A stretch of 64,000 nt of DNA from Flavobacteriales bacterium (GCA_018609055.1 JABAYJ010000005.1:46915-110914); one strand, 5' to 3'. Counted from the first letter of the stretch, positions 32,355-42,103 are shown. Made by a program: numbers and translations. Notes: generated from the letters alone by a model not told the origin.

Positions 32355-33783
32355 TTATATTCTAAATCAATATTGGGAGTTTTTGCTGTTTTCAGTATTA
32401 CTCACAGTTCTTGTGGTAAGTTGTGCCGATCATATTTTCTTTTGGGATACGGTTCAGCTAGGAGCACGCCATGCTACTTTTTATTACGATAATGGATTAA
32501 GTTTTGAGTTTTTACCCAATCGAATTGACAGTGGTCACATTCCTAGTTTTGGTTATTTATTAGCAGTATGTTGGACATTGTTTGGTAAGTCTTTATTGGT
32601 AAGTCATTTGTTTGTTCTGCCTTTTGCAATAGGAATTGCTTGGCAAGCTCACAGGTTTTTAAATCACTTTATTAGTAAAAAGAATCTTATTTGGGCAATG
32701 CTTTTATTGTTTTTAGATACTACTTTTCTTAGCCAAGTCTCTTTGGTTTCTCCAGATATTCCTTTGCTTTTCTTCTTTTTATTTGCTTTAAACTCTATAC
32801 TAACTAACAAAAGAGTAAGTGTTGCTGTAGCTTTTTCATTGCTGTTTTTAGTGAGTATGCGAGGTATGATTCTTACAGTTCCTTTGTTTTTGTTTGATGT
32901 ATATCTTCATTCAAACTTCAGTTTTAAGAAGATAAAGACCAGCTTAATTACTATTGTTAAATTGGGGATTCCTTATTTGCCAGCAGCTTCTATATTTATT
33001 GGTTTTAGTTGGTTTCATTTTACTCAAAAAGGATGGATTGGCTATCACGAAGATTCGCCTTGGGCTATTTTCTTCCAAAGAGTTGGGTTTTCGGGTGTTA
33101 TAAAAAATACTGCAGTTTTTGGGTGGCGTTTACTAGATTTTGGGCGAGTGTTTATTTGGTTAATTGGTTTTGCTTGTCTCGTTTGGATTTGGAGAAAGAA
33201 GTTAAAATTTTCCAATAAAGCGAAACAACTCTCGGTGTTATTTTTACTCATCATAGCTTTTTTATCTATACCTGCAATCATCTATTACGATTTAAAAGGG
33301 CACAGATATTTCATGCCAATTTACTTCAGTGTTACGTTTTTAGTTAGTTATCTTTTACTCGAAGTTGTTCAAAATAAACTCTTTCAAAAAGCATCACTTT
33401 TCATAGGTTTAATTGGCTTAATTTCAGGAAGTTTCTGGGTTTATCCAAGTCATATTGCTCAAGGTTGGGATTCCACCTTAGGTCATTTATCTTATTACCA
33501 ATTAAGAGACAACATGATCCAATTTATGGATGAATATTCAATTGATAAATCTCAAGTTGGGTTTGATTTTCCAGGCGGATACGAGCAAAGGTTTTTAGAT
33601 TTATCTGAAGAAACTTGGTTTTTTCCTGAAGTAGATATTGAAAATCAAGAGTATATTTTATTCTCAAATGTGGTGAATGAATTTTCTGATGAGGAATTAA
33701 TAGAATTGAAAGAAAACTGGAAATTAATCCATCAGGAAAAATCAATTACAGTTAATTTTGTGTTATACCATAGGGGTCAGTAA
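32329..33783 (+). CDS. ArnT/PMT-like (GT-C) membrane glycosyltransferase
   Basis: FFWD loop, DSGHIP, PDIPLLFF, HRYFMP; multi-TM; start codon uncertain. Confidence 0.65.
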   Translation: MKFLKRKINYILNQYWEFLLFSVLLTVLVVSCADHIFFWDTVQLGARHATFYYDNGLSFEFLPNRIDSGHIPSFGYLLAVCWTLFGKSLLVSHLFVLPFAIGIAWQAHRFLNHFISKKNLIWAMLLLFLDTTFLSQVSLVSPDIPLLFFFLFALNSILTNKRVSVAVAFSLLFLVSMRGMILTVPLFLFDVYLHSNFSFKKIKTSLITIVKLGIPYLPAASIFIGFSWFHFTQKGWIGYHEDSPWAIFFQRVGFSGVIKNTAVFGWRLLDFGRVFIWLIGFACLVWIWRKKLKFSNKAKQLSVLFLLIIAFLSIPAIIYYDLKGHRYFMPIYFSVTFLVSYLLLEVVQNKLFQKASLFIGLIGLISGSFWVYPSHIAQGWDSTLGHLSYYQLRDNMIQFMDEYSIDKSQVGFDFPGGYEQRFLDLSEETWFFPEVDIENQEYILFSNVVNEFSDEELIELKENWKLIHQEKSITVNFVLYHRGQ

Positions 33784-33835
33784 TCGGCAATGTTATTTTT
33801 TTTGTTAAATTTACATTTTAAACTATACTTCCCCT

Positions 33836-34573
33836 ATGTCTAGAAAAATGACTTGCATATTAGTTGATGATGATGAAACCTCTAGGTTTATCATAACTAA
33901 TTTAGCTAATAAGAACGATAATATTCAATTAGTTAAATCATGTAGTAACGCTCGTGAAGCAAGAGAAACTTTGGATGAACAGGATATAGATTTAATGCTT
34001 CTGGATATTGAAATGCCTTATGAAAATGGGATTGATATGCTTGAAAAATTAGATAAAAAGCCTCAAGTAATTTTTATCACTTCTCAAACTAAGCATGCAA
34101 TTAAAGCATTTGAATTTGATGCTATTGATTACATAGTAAAGCCATTGGATTATAGCAGATTAAATGAAGCTTTAGAGAAAGCTAAACGTAGAATATTTGG
34201 TTTACCTACTGAAAATGTAGAAAACCTTTCCGATGAATTTCTTTTGATAAAAAAGAATAGAGAGACTCAAAAAATGTGTTATAATCAAATTCATTTTATC
34301 GAAGGATCTAGTAGTTATGTCACTTATCATGCCTCAGAAGGTAAAATAACTACAACAGGAATATTAAAACAGATAGAAGAAAAGATAAATACCGAAGTTT
34401 TTGTGAGAGTTCACAGATCTTTCTTGGTTAATATCAATAAGATAGTAAAAATTAGCTCAGAAGAAGTGTTAGTTCTGCAACAATCTCTCCCTTTGTCTCG
34501 TAAGTACAGAAAGGAAGCGATATTAAAGTTTAACGAATTAAACCAGGCAGTAAATGAGAATAGCGTTAATTGA
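33836..34573 (+). CDS. LytTR family response regulator
   Basis: LVDDD, LLDIEMP, IVKP, FVRVHRSFLVN. Confidence 0.92.
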   Translation: MSRKMTCILVDDDETSRFIITNLANKNDNIQLVKSCSNAREARETLDEQDIDLMLLDIEMPYENGIDMLEKLDKKPQVIFITSQTKHAIKAFEFDAIDYIVKPLDYSRLNEALEKAKRRIFGLPTENVENLSDEFLLIKKNRETQKMCYNQIHFIEGSSSYVTYHASEGKITTTGILKQIEEKINTEVFVRVHRSFLVNINKIVKISSEEVLVLQQSLPLSRKYRKEAILKFNELNQAVNENSVN

Positions 34574-34910
34574 TGATGATGCAACTACTAATTTCATCAA
34601 CAAAAGTAAACTAGTAAAACAAGTAGAGGAGTGTGAAGTATTTCCATTTTCGAATGGGAAAGAGGCAATCGATTTTCTTTCTTCGGGAAAAAAAATTGAT
34701 GTTGCATTACTAGATATGAATATGCCTGTAATGAATGGTTTAGAGTTTCTTAAAACTCATTCAGAACTTCCAGAAGAACAAAGAATTTCCAAAGTATTTC
34801 TTTTTGTAGAGCAAAATGTTGATGAAACATTTAAGGAAAAATTTGAATTGTTTCAAGTTTTTAAAAAACCTCTTACTCCTGAAATAATAGACCTTATAAC
34901 TCATGATTAA
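34554..34910 (+). CDS. Single-domain response regulator
   Basis: LIDDD, LLDMNMPVMNG, KKPL. Confidence 0.88.
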   Translation: MRIALIDDDATTNFINKSKLVKQVEECEVFPFSNGKEAIDFLSSGKKIDVALLDMNMPVMNGLEFLKTHSELPEEQRISKVFLFVEQNVDETFKEKFELFQVFKKPLTPEIIDLITHD

Positions 34911-35232
34911 TCCGAGTATTATAGAAGACCTTGGCGAAGATATATTCCGTCAGGCGACTGTTATTTTTTTAAGAAATTGTGAACTAGACATTAATAGTCT
35001 AGAACTTGCTTTCTCTTCAAATAACCTAGATGATATTGCATCTATGAGCCACAAATTGATTGGTACATTTGGCTCTATGAGAGTAGAACAAATACCAGCT
35101 CTTTTACGTGAAATTAATGAAGCGACAGAAGAAGCTAAAATTGAAGAGGAGGTTTTTGAGGAAGTGAAAGAATTTTACGAAGAATTAAAAATATACATCA
35201 AGGACAACTTCTCAATAGAAACTGAGGCCTAA
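34903..35232 (+). CDS. Stand-alone Hpt domain protein
   Basis: Helical 109 aa with SHKLIG (HxLxG) motif, overlapping the REC gene. Confidence 0.75.
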   Translation: MINPSIIEDLGEDIFRQATVIFLRNCELDINSLELAFSSNNLDDIASMSHKLIGTFGSMRVEQIPALLREINEATEEAKIEEEVFEEVKEFYEELKIYIKDNFSIETEA

Positions 35233-35286
35233 ATTCTTTCCGTAAACCTAAAAAAATCCTTTACTTTGAGGTAAATAATACTAGTA

Positions 35287-36255
35287 ATGGCAAGAATTTT
35301 AACAGGAATACAAAGCACAGGAACACCTCATTTAGGTAATTTATTAGGTGCAATTATTCCAGCAATAAAAATATCGGAAGACGAAAACAATGAGTCATTT
35401 TTATTCATTGCAAACTTGCATACTTTAACTCAAATTAAAGATGCAGAGGTTCTTAAAACAAATACGCTAAACGCAGCTGCTGCATGGCTAGCATTTGGTT
35501 TAGATGTTAATAAAACAGTGTTTTATCGCCAAAGTGATATTCCTCAAGTGACTGAACTTACTTGGTATTTAAATTGTTTTTTTCCTTACCAAAGATTAAA
35601 ATTAGCTCACTCCTTTAAAGATAAAGCCGATAGATTAGAAGATGTAAATGCAGGATTATTTGATTATCCAATGCTAATGGCTGCCGATATTTTATTGTAC
35701 GATTCGGAGATTATTCCTGTTGGGAAAGACCAGATGCAGCATATTGAGATTACGAGAGATGTAGCCAATAGATTCAACAACCAAATGGGCGAAACTTTTG
35801 TGATTCCTGAAGGAAAAGTGGAGAAAGAAACCCAATTGATTCCGGGTACAGATGGAACTAAGATGAGCAAATCAAAAGGGAATTTGATTAATATCTTTTT
35901 AGCTGACAAGAAGTTGCGTAAGCAAATAATGGGAATTGAAACCGATAGTACACCACTAGAAGAACCAAAAAACCCTGATACGTGTAACTGTTTTACTTTA
36001 TATAAGCTACTTGCAAATGAAGAGCAAATAGCTGAAATGAGAAAAAATTATGAGGCTGGTGGTTATGGATACGGACACGCCAAAGAGGCTCTTTTTGAGT
36101 TAATTATCGAGTTGTTTAAAGAAGAAAGAGAAAAGTTTAATTACTATACTGAGAATCCGAATTTGGTAGAAGAACTGCTAAAAGTAGGAGCTGAAAAAGC
36201 TACTAAAATTGCGAATGAGGTTTTGGGTAAAGTGAGAGTTAAATTGGGGTATTAA
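35287..36255 (+). CDS. trpS: Tryptophan--tRNA ligase
   Basis: TGIQSTGTPHLGN, YPMLMAADIL, VGKDQ, KMSKS. Confidence 0.97.
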   Translation: MARILTGIQSTGTPHLGNLLGAIIPAIKISEDENNESFLFIANLHTLTQIKDAEVLKTNTLNAAAAWLAFGLDVNKTVFYRQSDIPQVTELTWYLNCFFPYQRLKLAHSFKDKADRLEDVNAGLFDYPMLMAADILLYDSEIIPVGKDQMQHIEITRDVANRFNNQMGETFVIPEGKVEKETQLIPGTDGTKMSKSKGNLINIFLADKKLRKQIMGIETDSTPLEEPKNPDTCNCFTLYKLLANEEQIAEMRKNYEAGGYGYGHAKEALFELIIELFKEEREKFNYYTENPNLVEELLKVGAEKATKIANEVLGKVRVKLGY

Positions 36256-36738
36256 TTAAAACAACCCTTTTTCCTCTTTCTGAGAATCCTCATATCCTTG
36301 ATCCACAGTATGGCTTTTTGAGTCATTGGCAGCAGCAACTGCAAGTTGGTCGCAAACTTCATTGTATTTGTTTCCTGCATGGCCTTTTACCCAAATAAAC
36401 TCTACTTGGTGTTTTGGGTAAATCTCTAAAAAGCGTTTCCATAAATCGGCATTTTTTTTGCCTTTAAAATTCTTTTTTACCCAGCCAAAAACCCACTTTT
36501 TCTCTACAGAATCTACCACATACTTACTATCCGAAAATATACGGACTTTATATCCTGGTTTTTTCAACATTTCTAAAGCAATAATTACACTCAGTAACTC
36601 CATTCGGTTATTGGTAGTATGACGAAATCCTTCTTTTATTTCTTTGTAATGTTTTCCAGCCATCATTACTATTCCGTAACCACCTGGCCCAGGATTTCCT
36701 AATGCAGAACCATCTGTATATACGTTTACTTGGCTCAT
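36256..36738 (-). CDS. rnhA: Ribonuclease HI
   Basis: YTDGSALGNPGPGG, TTNNRMEL, SDSKYV, WVKGHAG, NEVCDQLA. Confidence 0.96.
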   Translation of the reverse strand: MSQVNVYTDGSALGNPGPGGYGIVMMAGKHYKEIKEGFRHTTNNRMELLSVIIALEMLKKPGYKVRIFSDSKYVVDSVEKKWVFGWVKKNFKGKKNADLWKRFLEIYPKHQVEFIWVKGHAGNKYNEVCDQLAVAAANDSKSHTVDQGYEDSQKEEKGLF

Positions 36739-37307
36739 TGGGTAAGTAGTTTTTCGATTACTACAGGAAAGTACTCGTGCTCCAGTTGCTGAATGTTAGC
36801 TTGTAAGTCTTTCCAAGTATCTTTTGGATTTATTTCGCATTCAAATTGTTCAATGATATTTCCTTCGTCATAATTTTCGTTTACGTAATGAAAAGTAATA
36901 CCTGATTTAGTTTCTCCAGCTTCTATCACAGCTCTGTGAACATGTTTTCCATACATTCCTTTTCCACCAAATTTTGGTAGGAACGAAGGATGAACATTCA
37001 CTATTTTATTCTCAAAATGAGAAGTAAATTCTTTAGGGATTTTAAGTAAAAACCCGGCAAGGACTATTAAATCTACGTTCAATAAATCAACTAGTTCAGT
37101 TACATTGCCTTCTTCTAGTTCTTGTTTAGAAAAAGCAACAGTATTTACTCCCGCTTCTTGAGCATTGGTAATCCCTAAGCAGTCTTTTTTATTAGAAAAA
37201 ACGGCTTCTACATTAATTTCAGGATTAGAATCAAAATGAGAAATTAGATTACTCATATTACTCCCATTTCCTGAGACAAAAATCACTATGTTTTTAGGGT
37301 TTTCCAT
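36735..37307 (-). CDS. purN: Phosphoribosylglycinamide formyltransferase
   Basis: SGNGSN, LAGF, NVHPSFLPKFGG, YDEG; likely start ATG 37307. Confidence 0.93.
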   Translation of the reverse strand: MENPKNIVIFVSGNGSNMSNLISHFDSNPEINVEAVFSNKKDCLGITNAQEAGVNTVAFSKQELEEGNVTELVDLLNVDLIVLAGFLLKIPKEFTSHFENKIVNVHPSFLPKFGGKGMYGKHVHRAVIEAGETKSGITFHYVNENYDEGNIIEQFECEINPKDTWKDLQANIQQLEHEYFPVVIEKLLTQ

Positions 37308-37423
37308 TGAATTTAGCTTCTGAAAAATCATTTTCAGATTAAGTCTGATTTTCTTAACTTTACGATTCAAAGATAAGAGATTAATCATATTCTGCCTAAA
37401 GCAGATTACAAATAAATACTAAG

Positions 37424-38188
37424 ATGTCAGGACACAGTAAATGGTCATCCATTAAGCACAAAAAAGGAGCGAAAGATGCAAAGAGAGGAAAAATCTTTAC
37501 TCGTATAATCAAAGAAATTACGATTGCAGCAAGAGATGGAGGAAGTGGAGATCCTGACATGAACCCAGCTTTAAGAGTTGCTATCCAGAATGCTAAAGGT
37601 GCCAACATGCCTAAAGATACTATGGAACGTGCCATTAAAAAAGGTTCGGGAGCTGAGGCAGCAAACTTAGTAGAATACACTTTTGAAGGATACGCTTCTA
37701 ACGGGATTGCAGTATTTGTTGAAGCAACTTCTGACAATAACAATAGAGTAGTAGCAAACGTAAGAGCTGTTTTTAGCAAATATGGAGGGGAACTTGGAAC
37801 TCACGGTTCACTTTCTTTTATGTTTGATAGAAAAGGGGTTTTTACAATTGATAGAGAATTACTAAAAGAGTGGGAATTAGAAGATTTAGAATTCGAATTG
37901 ATTGATGCTGGATTAGAAGAAATTGACGTTCAAGAAGAAGATGTATTTATCTATACTTCATTTGATAGTTATGGAGAAATGCAAAAGAAGTTGGATGAAA
38001 TGAAATTGGAAGTAAAAAGCCAAGAGTTACAAAGAATCCCAACTACTACAATGGCAATTGAAGTAGGTAAAGCAAAATCAGTACTTAAATTGATTGATAA
38101 AATGGAAGAGGATGATGACGTGAATGTGGTGTACCATACTCTTGAAATGACTGATGAATTGGCTGCTGCACTTGAGGCTGAGGATTAA
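37424..38188 (+). CDS. YebC/PmpR family protein
   Basis: MSGHSKWSSIKHKKG, NMPKD, DNNNR, DDDV. Confidence 0.95.
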   Translation: MSGHSKWSSIKHKKGAKDAKRGKIFTRIIKEITIAARDGGSGDPDMNPALRVAIQNAKGANMPKDTMERAIKKGSGAEAANLVEYTFEGYASNGIAVFVEATSDNNNRVVANVRAVFSKYGGELGTHGSLSFMFDRKGVFTIDRELLKEWELEDLEFELIDAGLEEIDVQEEDVFIYTSFDSYGEMQKKLDEMKLEVKSQELQRIPTTTMAIEVGKAKSVLKLIDKMEEDDDVNVVYHTLEMTDELAAALEAED

Positions 38189-38196
38189 ATCTACTA

Positions 38197-38574
38197 TTGA
38201 AAATAATTATTCAAATACTGTTATATACTTTTGCAATAGCAGTTTTGACTTATGATTACTACAATAAGAATGAATTTTTCATAGAAGCTAATGTAACTGG
38301 CACATTTGCCGTTTTACTTTTTACTCGATCTATTTTACTATTTAACTTCAAGTTTAAAAAGAAGAATTTAATAGAAAAATTATTGGCCATAATAATTTTT
38401 CTAGTTTCGTTATTTGGTTTTTATACTATTTGGATTTCTATTCTTGGTTATGGATTCTCAGGAAAAATTCCATCATTAATTTTCAAGCTTAGTGTTTTTG
38501 TAAACGTAAGTTTGTTTGCTATTTCAGCTTTTGATTTATTAGGTTTAAATCGTGTTTCTCGAAAAAGTGTTTAA
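38197..38574 (+). CDS. Hypothetical membrane protein (about 4 TM)
   Basis: 125-aa hydrophobic ORF filling the gap; TTG start. Confidence 0.55.
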   Translation: MKIIIQILLYTFAIAVLTYDYYNKNEFFIEANVTGTFAVLLFTRSILLFNFKFKKKNLIEKLLAIIIFLVSLFGFYTIWISILGYGFSGKIPSLIFKLSVFVNVSLFAISAFDLLGLNRVSRKSV

Positions 38575-39758
38575 CTTTTTACCCCATCAAAAACCTTACA
38601 AATAACACCACAAACAGTTTCAATTTCCTCTAGAGTAATAGTAAGAGGTGGAGCTAATCTAAAACTAGCTGGGCATGATAAAAACCAAAAGGCAATAATT
38701 CCTTTTTCCATACAACCTTCTACTATTTGTTGAGTAATTTCTTCGTTTTCGAGATCAATGGCAAGCATCAATCCTATTTGCCTAATTTCTTTTACCAAGG
38801 AATGAGAAAGTAATTGGTTCATCAAAGCTCCCTTTTCGTGAACGTCAACAATTAAGTTTTCTTCCTGTATTACTTTTATGTTGGCAATAGCAGCAGCACA
38901 ATTTACTGGATGTCCACCAAAAGTGGTAATGTGTCCCAACATTGGGTTGTGAGTAAGACAATCCATAATTTTTTTGCTCGAAACAAAAGCGCCAATTGGC
39001 ATTCCGCCACCAAGAGCTTTGGCAATTACCAAAATATCTGGAGTAATTCCGTACTGCTCAAAAGCAAAAAAGCTTCCTGTTCGTCCGAATCCAGTTTGTA
39101 TTTCGTCTAGGATTAATAAAGTACCCGTTTCGGTACATTTTTCTCTTAATTTTTGAAGATAACATAAGTCTGGGATCCTAACCCCGGCATCACCTTGAAC
39201 GGTTTCTATAATAACACAAGCTGTCTTTGTAGTTATTTTATTTAGCTCAGCTAAATCATTAAATTCAATAAAATGTACATCTGGTAGAAGAGGTTTAAAA
39301 GCAGATTGCTTAACAGGATTTCCCGAAACACTTAAAGCTCCATGTGTACTTCCGTGATATGATTTGTGGCAAGCAATAATTTCTTGCCTACTAGTATATC
39401 TTTTAGCCAGTTTAAGAGCACCTTCTACAGCTTCTGCACCAGAATTAACAAAGTAACTCGTAGTTAAGTTAGCAGGTAGAATTTCATTTAATTTCTTGGC
39501 TAATTCCAATTGAGGAGTTTGGATAAATTCTCCATAAGGCATTACATGTAAGTGAATATCGAGCTGTTTTTTAATGGCTTCAATCACTTTAGGATGTCTG
39601 TGCCCTATATTAGTTACAGCCAATCCAGATACCAAATCATAATACGCTTTACCAGTTTTATCATAGATAAATAAACCTTCGGCACGGCTTATTTCCAATC
39701 CAATTGGGAAAGGAGTTGTTTGTGCTTGTAGTGTATGAAATATCTCTTTGTTATCCAT
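38571..39758 (-). CDS. Class III PLP-dependent aminotransferase (ArgD-like)
   Basis: NSGAEAVEGALKLA, SYHGST, DEIQTGFGRTG, AKALGGG, HITTFGG. Confidence 0.92.
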   Translation of the reverse strand: MDNKEIFHTLQAQTTPFPIGLEISRAEGLFIYDKTGKAYYDLVSGLAVTNIGHRHPKVIEAIKKQLDIHLHVMPYGEFIQTPQLELAKKLNEILPANLTTSYFVNSGAEAVEGALKLAKRYTSRQEIIACHKSYHGSTHGALSVSGNPVKQSAFKPLLPDVHFIEFNDLAELNKITTKTACVIIETVQGDAGVRIPDLCYLQKLREKCTETGTLLILDEIQTGFGRTGSFFAFEQYGITPDILVIAKALGGGMPIGAFVSSKKIMDCLTHNPMLGHITTFGGHPVNCAAAIANIKVIQEENLIVDVHEKGALMNQLLSHSLVKEIRQIGLMLAIDLENEEITQQIVEGCMEKGIIAFWFLSCPASFRLAPPLTITLEEIETVCGVICKVFDGVKS

Positions 39759-39786
39759 AAATCAAAAGTAAAACTATTTTCTAAAC

Positions 39787-39830
39787 AAAAAAATCCCTTT
39801 GATAACACTTAAGGTTATCAAAGGGATTTT
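39787..39830 (-). terminator. Rho-independent terminator of the ECF operon
   Basis: AAAATCCCTTTGATAAC...GTTATCAAAGGGATTTT inverted repeat. Confidence 0.85.
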
Positions 39831-39849
39831 AATTAGTATCTATTAAAAT

Positions 39850-40344
39850 TTATCTTTCAGAAGGTTGTAGGTTTCTTTCAGGTCTTTTTTCATCAGATCT
39901 GTCTCCTTTTTTTCTGTTCTGTTTCATGTGGCTAACCATTTTCTTCTCTACCATGTAAAGTTTAGCCACTTTTTTCATTGGTAATACTTGCTTAAATTTT
40001 TCGTGGTATTTCTTCTTTAGGTCAAGCTCTTTTTGTTTCATTTCAAATGAAGCTTGCATAACTTCATCCAGTTCTGCATCACTTAATTCTTCCATTTTCC
40101 TCCCTTTTTGTCTCATTGCTTTAGAAGCAGCTCTCAAAGCTCTTTTTTCTGTTTGGAACTGATTGTAAACTGGAAAGAATGCTGTTTTTTCTGCATCAGT
40201 TAATTCTAGTTTTTCTGTTAAGAAAGCCTCCATTTTAGCTTTTTTATCAGCCATGTTTTCAGCTTTTTTCTGCTCTTTTTGAGCCATTAAACCGATACTT
40301 GCTAATGCAAATAGGGTAATTAGCGTGATTTTTAAAATTTTCAT
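39850..40344 (-). CDS. Periplasmic Spy/CpxP-like helical protein associated with the ECF sigma
   Basis: Signal peptide; FLTEKLELTDAEKTAFFPVYNQF; Lys/Met-rich helices. Confidence 0.7.
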   Translation of the reverse strand: MKILKITLITLFALASIGLMAQKEQKKAENMADKKAKMEAFLTEKLELTDAEKTAFFPVYNQFQTEKRALRAASKAMRQKGRKMEELSDAELDEVMQASFEMKQKELDLKKKYHEKFKQVLPMKKVAKLYMVEKKMVSHMKQNRKKGDRSDEKRPERNLQPSER

Positions 40345-40378
40345 AATCGTATGTATTTAAGTATTATTATTTGTTGTG

Positions 40379-40732
40379 TTAGTTCATTGCTATTTCGTCA
40401 AACTGCAATGCGTCTTCTAGCTCTAAGTCTATCTCAGAGAAGTCTTCTAAGTATTCGTTTACTGTCATTTCTCCAAATAATTCTGGGGTAGACTGTGTGT
40501 CGCTTCCAAAGAAAAAAGTAGAGGAGATTCCTACAACTATTGCGATTGATGCTGCATAAGCAAATACTCTATAAATAGAAATTTTCTTTTGCTTTGGTTG
40601 TTCAACAGTTTGCTCCATAATGGAAGTAGATAATGAATCAAAAAACCCTTGAGGAGTTTTCATTCCCTTGACAGTTTTCAGTTTTTCCAAAGTTGGAAAT
40701 TCATTTTCCATATGTTCGTTAGTCGTTTTCAT
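40379..40732 (-). CDS. Putative single-TM anti-sigma factor
   Basis: MKTPQGFFDSL, YAASIAIVVG TM; directly downstream of the ECF sigma. Confidence 0.65.
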   Translation of the reverse strand: MKTTNEHMENEFPTLEKLKTVKGMKTPQGFFDSLSTSIMEQTVEQPKQKKISIYRVFAYAASIAIVVGISSTFFFGSDTQSTPELFGEMTVNEYLEDFSEIDLELEDALQFDEIAMN

Positions 40733-40745
40733 TGTATTCTAGTTC

Positions 40746-40776
40746 TTTGACAATAGTTTTAGCAAAAGGTTTAATC
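40746..40776 (-). promoter_or_regulatory. ECF-type promoter (internal, upstream of the anti-sigma gene)
   Basis: Minus strand GATTAAACC-N16-GTCAAA. Confidence 0.65.
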
Positions 40777-40804
40777 AGATTAACAAAAATTTCTTTTTTA
40801 AAGT

Positions 40805-41344
40805 TTAATCGTTATTGGTTAAATGTGCTTCAATCTTCTTTTGTGCATGATGGTAGGAGGCTTTTAAAGAGCCAACAGATCCACCAAGTATTTCAGCAAT
40901 CTCTCTATATTTTAGTTCTTCAAAATACTTCATGTTAAATACTAGTTTCTGTTTATCTGGTAGAGTTCCTATTGCTTTATAAAGTTTTGCTTCTATTTCT
41001 TCTCCCGAGAAAAACGAATCGTCTTTTCTATTTTCAATCTGAATATCCTCAATAGATTGGGCAACTCGTCTTTTGTTTGCTTTAATAAAATTTAGAGTCT
41101 CGTTAGTTGCAATTCTGTACATCCAAGTAAATAGGTTGGCTTCTTTTTTAAATTTAGGTAATCCTTTCCACACTTTAATAAATGTGTTTTGAGTCACGTC
41201 ATTTGCATCCTCATGGTTTATTACCATTTTACGGATATGCCAATACACACGCTCTTGGTATTTGTTAACCAAGTGTCCAAAAGCAATTTGTTCTTTGCCT
41301 TTAGTAGTAAATAATGTGAGTATGTCTTGGTCGTCCAAATGCAC
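40805..41344 (-). CDS. ECF RNA polymerase sigma factor
   Basis: DANDVTQNTFIKVW, FTWMYRIATN, LPDKQKLVF, YREIAEILG. Confidence 0.93.
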   Translation of the reverse strand: MHLDDQDILTLFTTKGKEQIAFGHLVNKYQERVYWHIRKMVINHEDANDVTQNTFIKVWKGLPKFKKEANLFTWMYRIATNETLNFIKANKRRVAQSIEDIQIENRKDDSFFSGEEIEAKLYKAIGTLPDKQKLVFNMKYFEELKYREIAEILGGSVGSLKASYHHAQKKIEAHLTNND

Positions 41345-41376
41345 AGATAATTCGTTTTATAAATGAGTCGCAATTC

Positions 41377-41407
41377 TTAGACCAAAGAAAAGACAAAAGG
41401 TTTAATC
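41377..41407 (-). promoter_or_regulatory. ECF-type autoregulatory promoter
   Basis: Minus strand GATTAAACC-N16-GTCTAA; 14 nt identical to the copy at 40763-40776. Confidence 0.65.
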
Positions 41408-41503
41408 GACCGTTAAATTTAATTGAAGAACCCATAAATAACTACTAATTAGAGACTAAAATTTTTTTTATACATTGGGTCTTATTCACGAAAACCCGGT
41501 ATC

Positions 41504-42103
41504 ATGAAAAAATTACTATTATTATTTATCGTCCTTTCAGTGATTGGATGTAACAAAGAAAGAGATGAATTGGAACCTGATAAGATTTATATCCTTGATT
41601 ATTCTCCTAATCTTGATGCAGACAATTATTTTATTGGAATTTCTGATGGGGAAGAAGTATCTATTTTTAATTCTCAACAAAACAATAATACAATAGTTTC
41701 TCATCCAACTGAATCATCTTATTTTTTCACAAATAATCTATATCTATTTAATTGTCATGGGCATAGTGTAACAGCTAGCTTTTCAAAATCTTTTTCAAAT
41801 AGCTTAATTGGCAAAGAAGATATAGAGTCTATTTATAATATTGGTAGTTTAATTAATGGAATTTCTAAAACTTTTACTCCTGGGTTTACAATCTCTTATA
41901 GAGATTCACCAATGGGTTAAGTTTGGACTTCTGATGGTGGGTTTCAAGCAGGAAAAGTACCATACATATATTCTATTAGAATGTCTTCTGATTATAATTT
42001 TAAAAGAAGAATAGTTGTTGTTTTAGATTGTAATCTTTACAATAAAGATGGAGATATGAAAGTTTTAGAAGGACAATTTACAGCAGGTATTATTCTAAAA
42101 TAA
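41504..42103 (+). pseudogene. Lipoprotein with internal in-frame stop (TAA 41918-41920)
   Basis: Lipobox VIGC; the same frame stays open for 60 more codons (VWTSDGGFQ...DCNLYNKDGDMKVLEGQF) to TAA 42101-42103. Confidence 0.65.

Noticed and set aside
37396-37779. 127-aa minus-strand ORF and other short ORFs nested in long genes (e.g. 339-527, 2106-2309, 17182-17364, 18801-19112, 23867-24124, 48561-48821, 50447-50779)
   Set aside because: They lie antisense or out of frame within well-supported genes and show no motifs.
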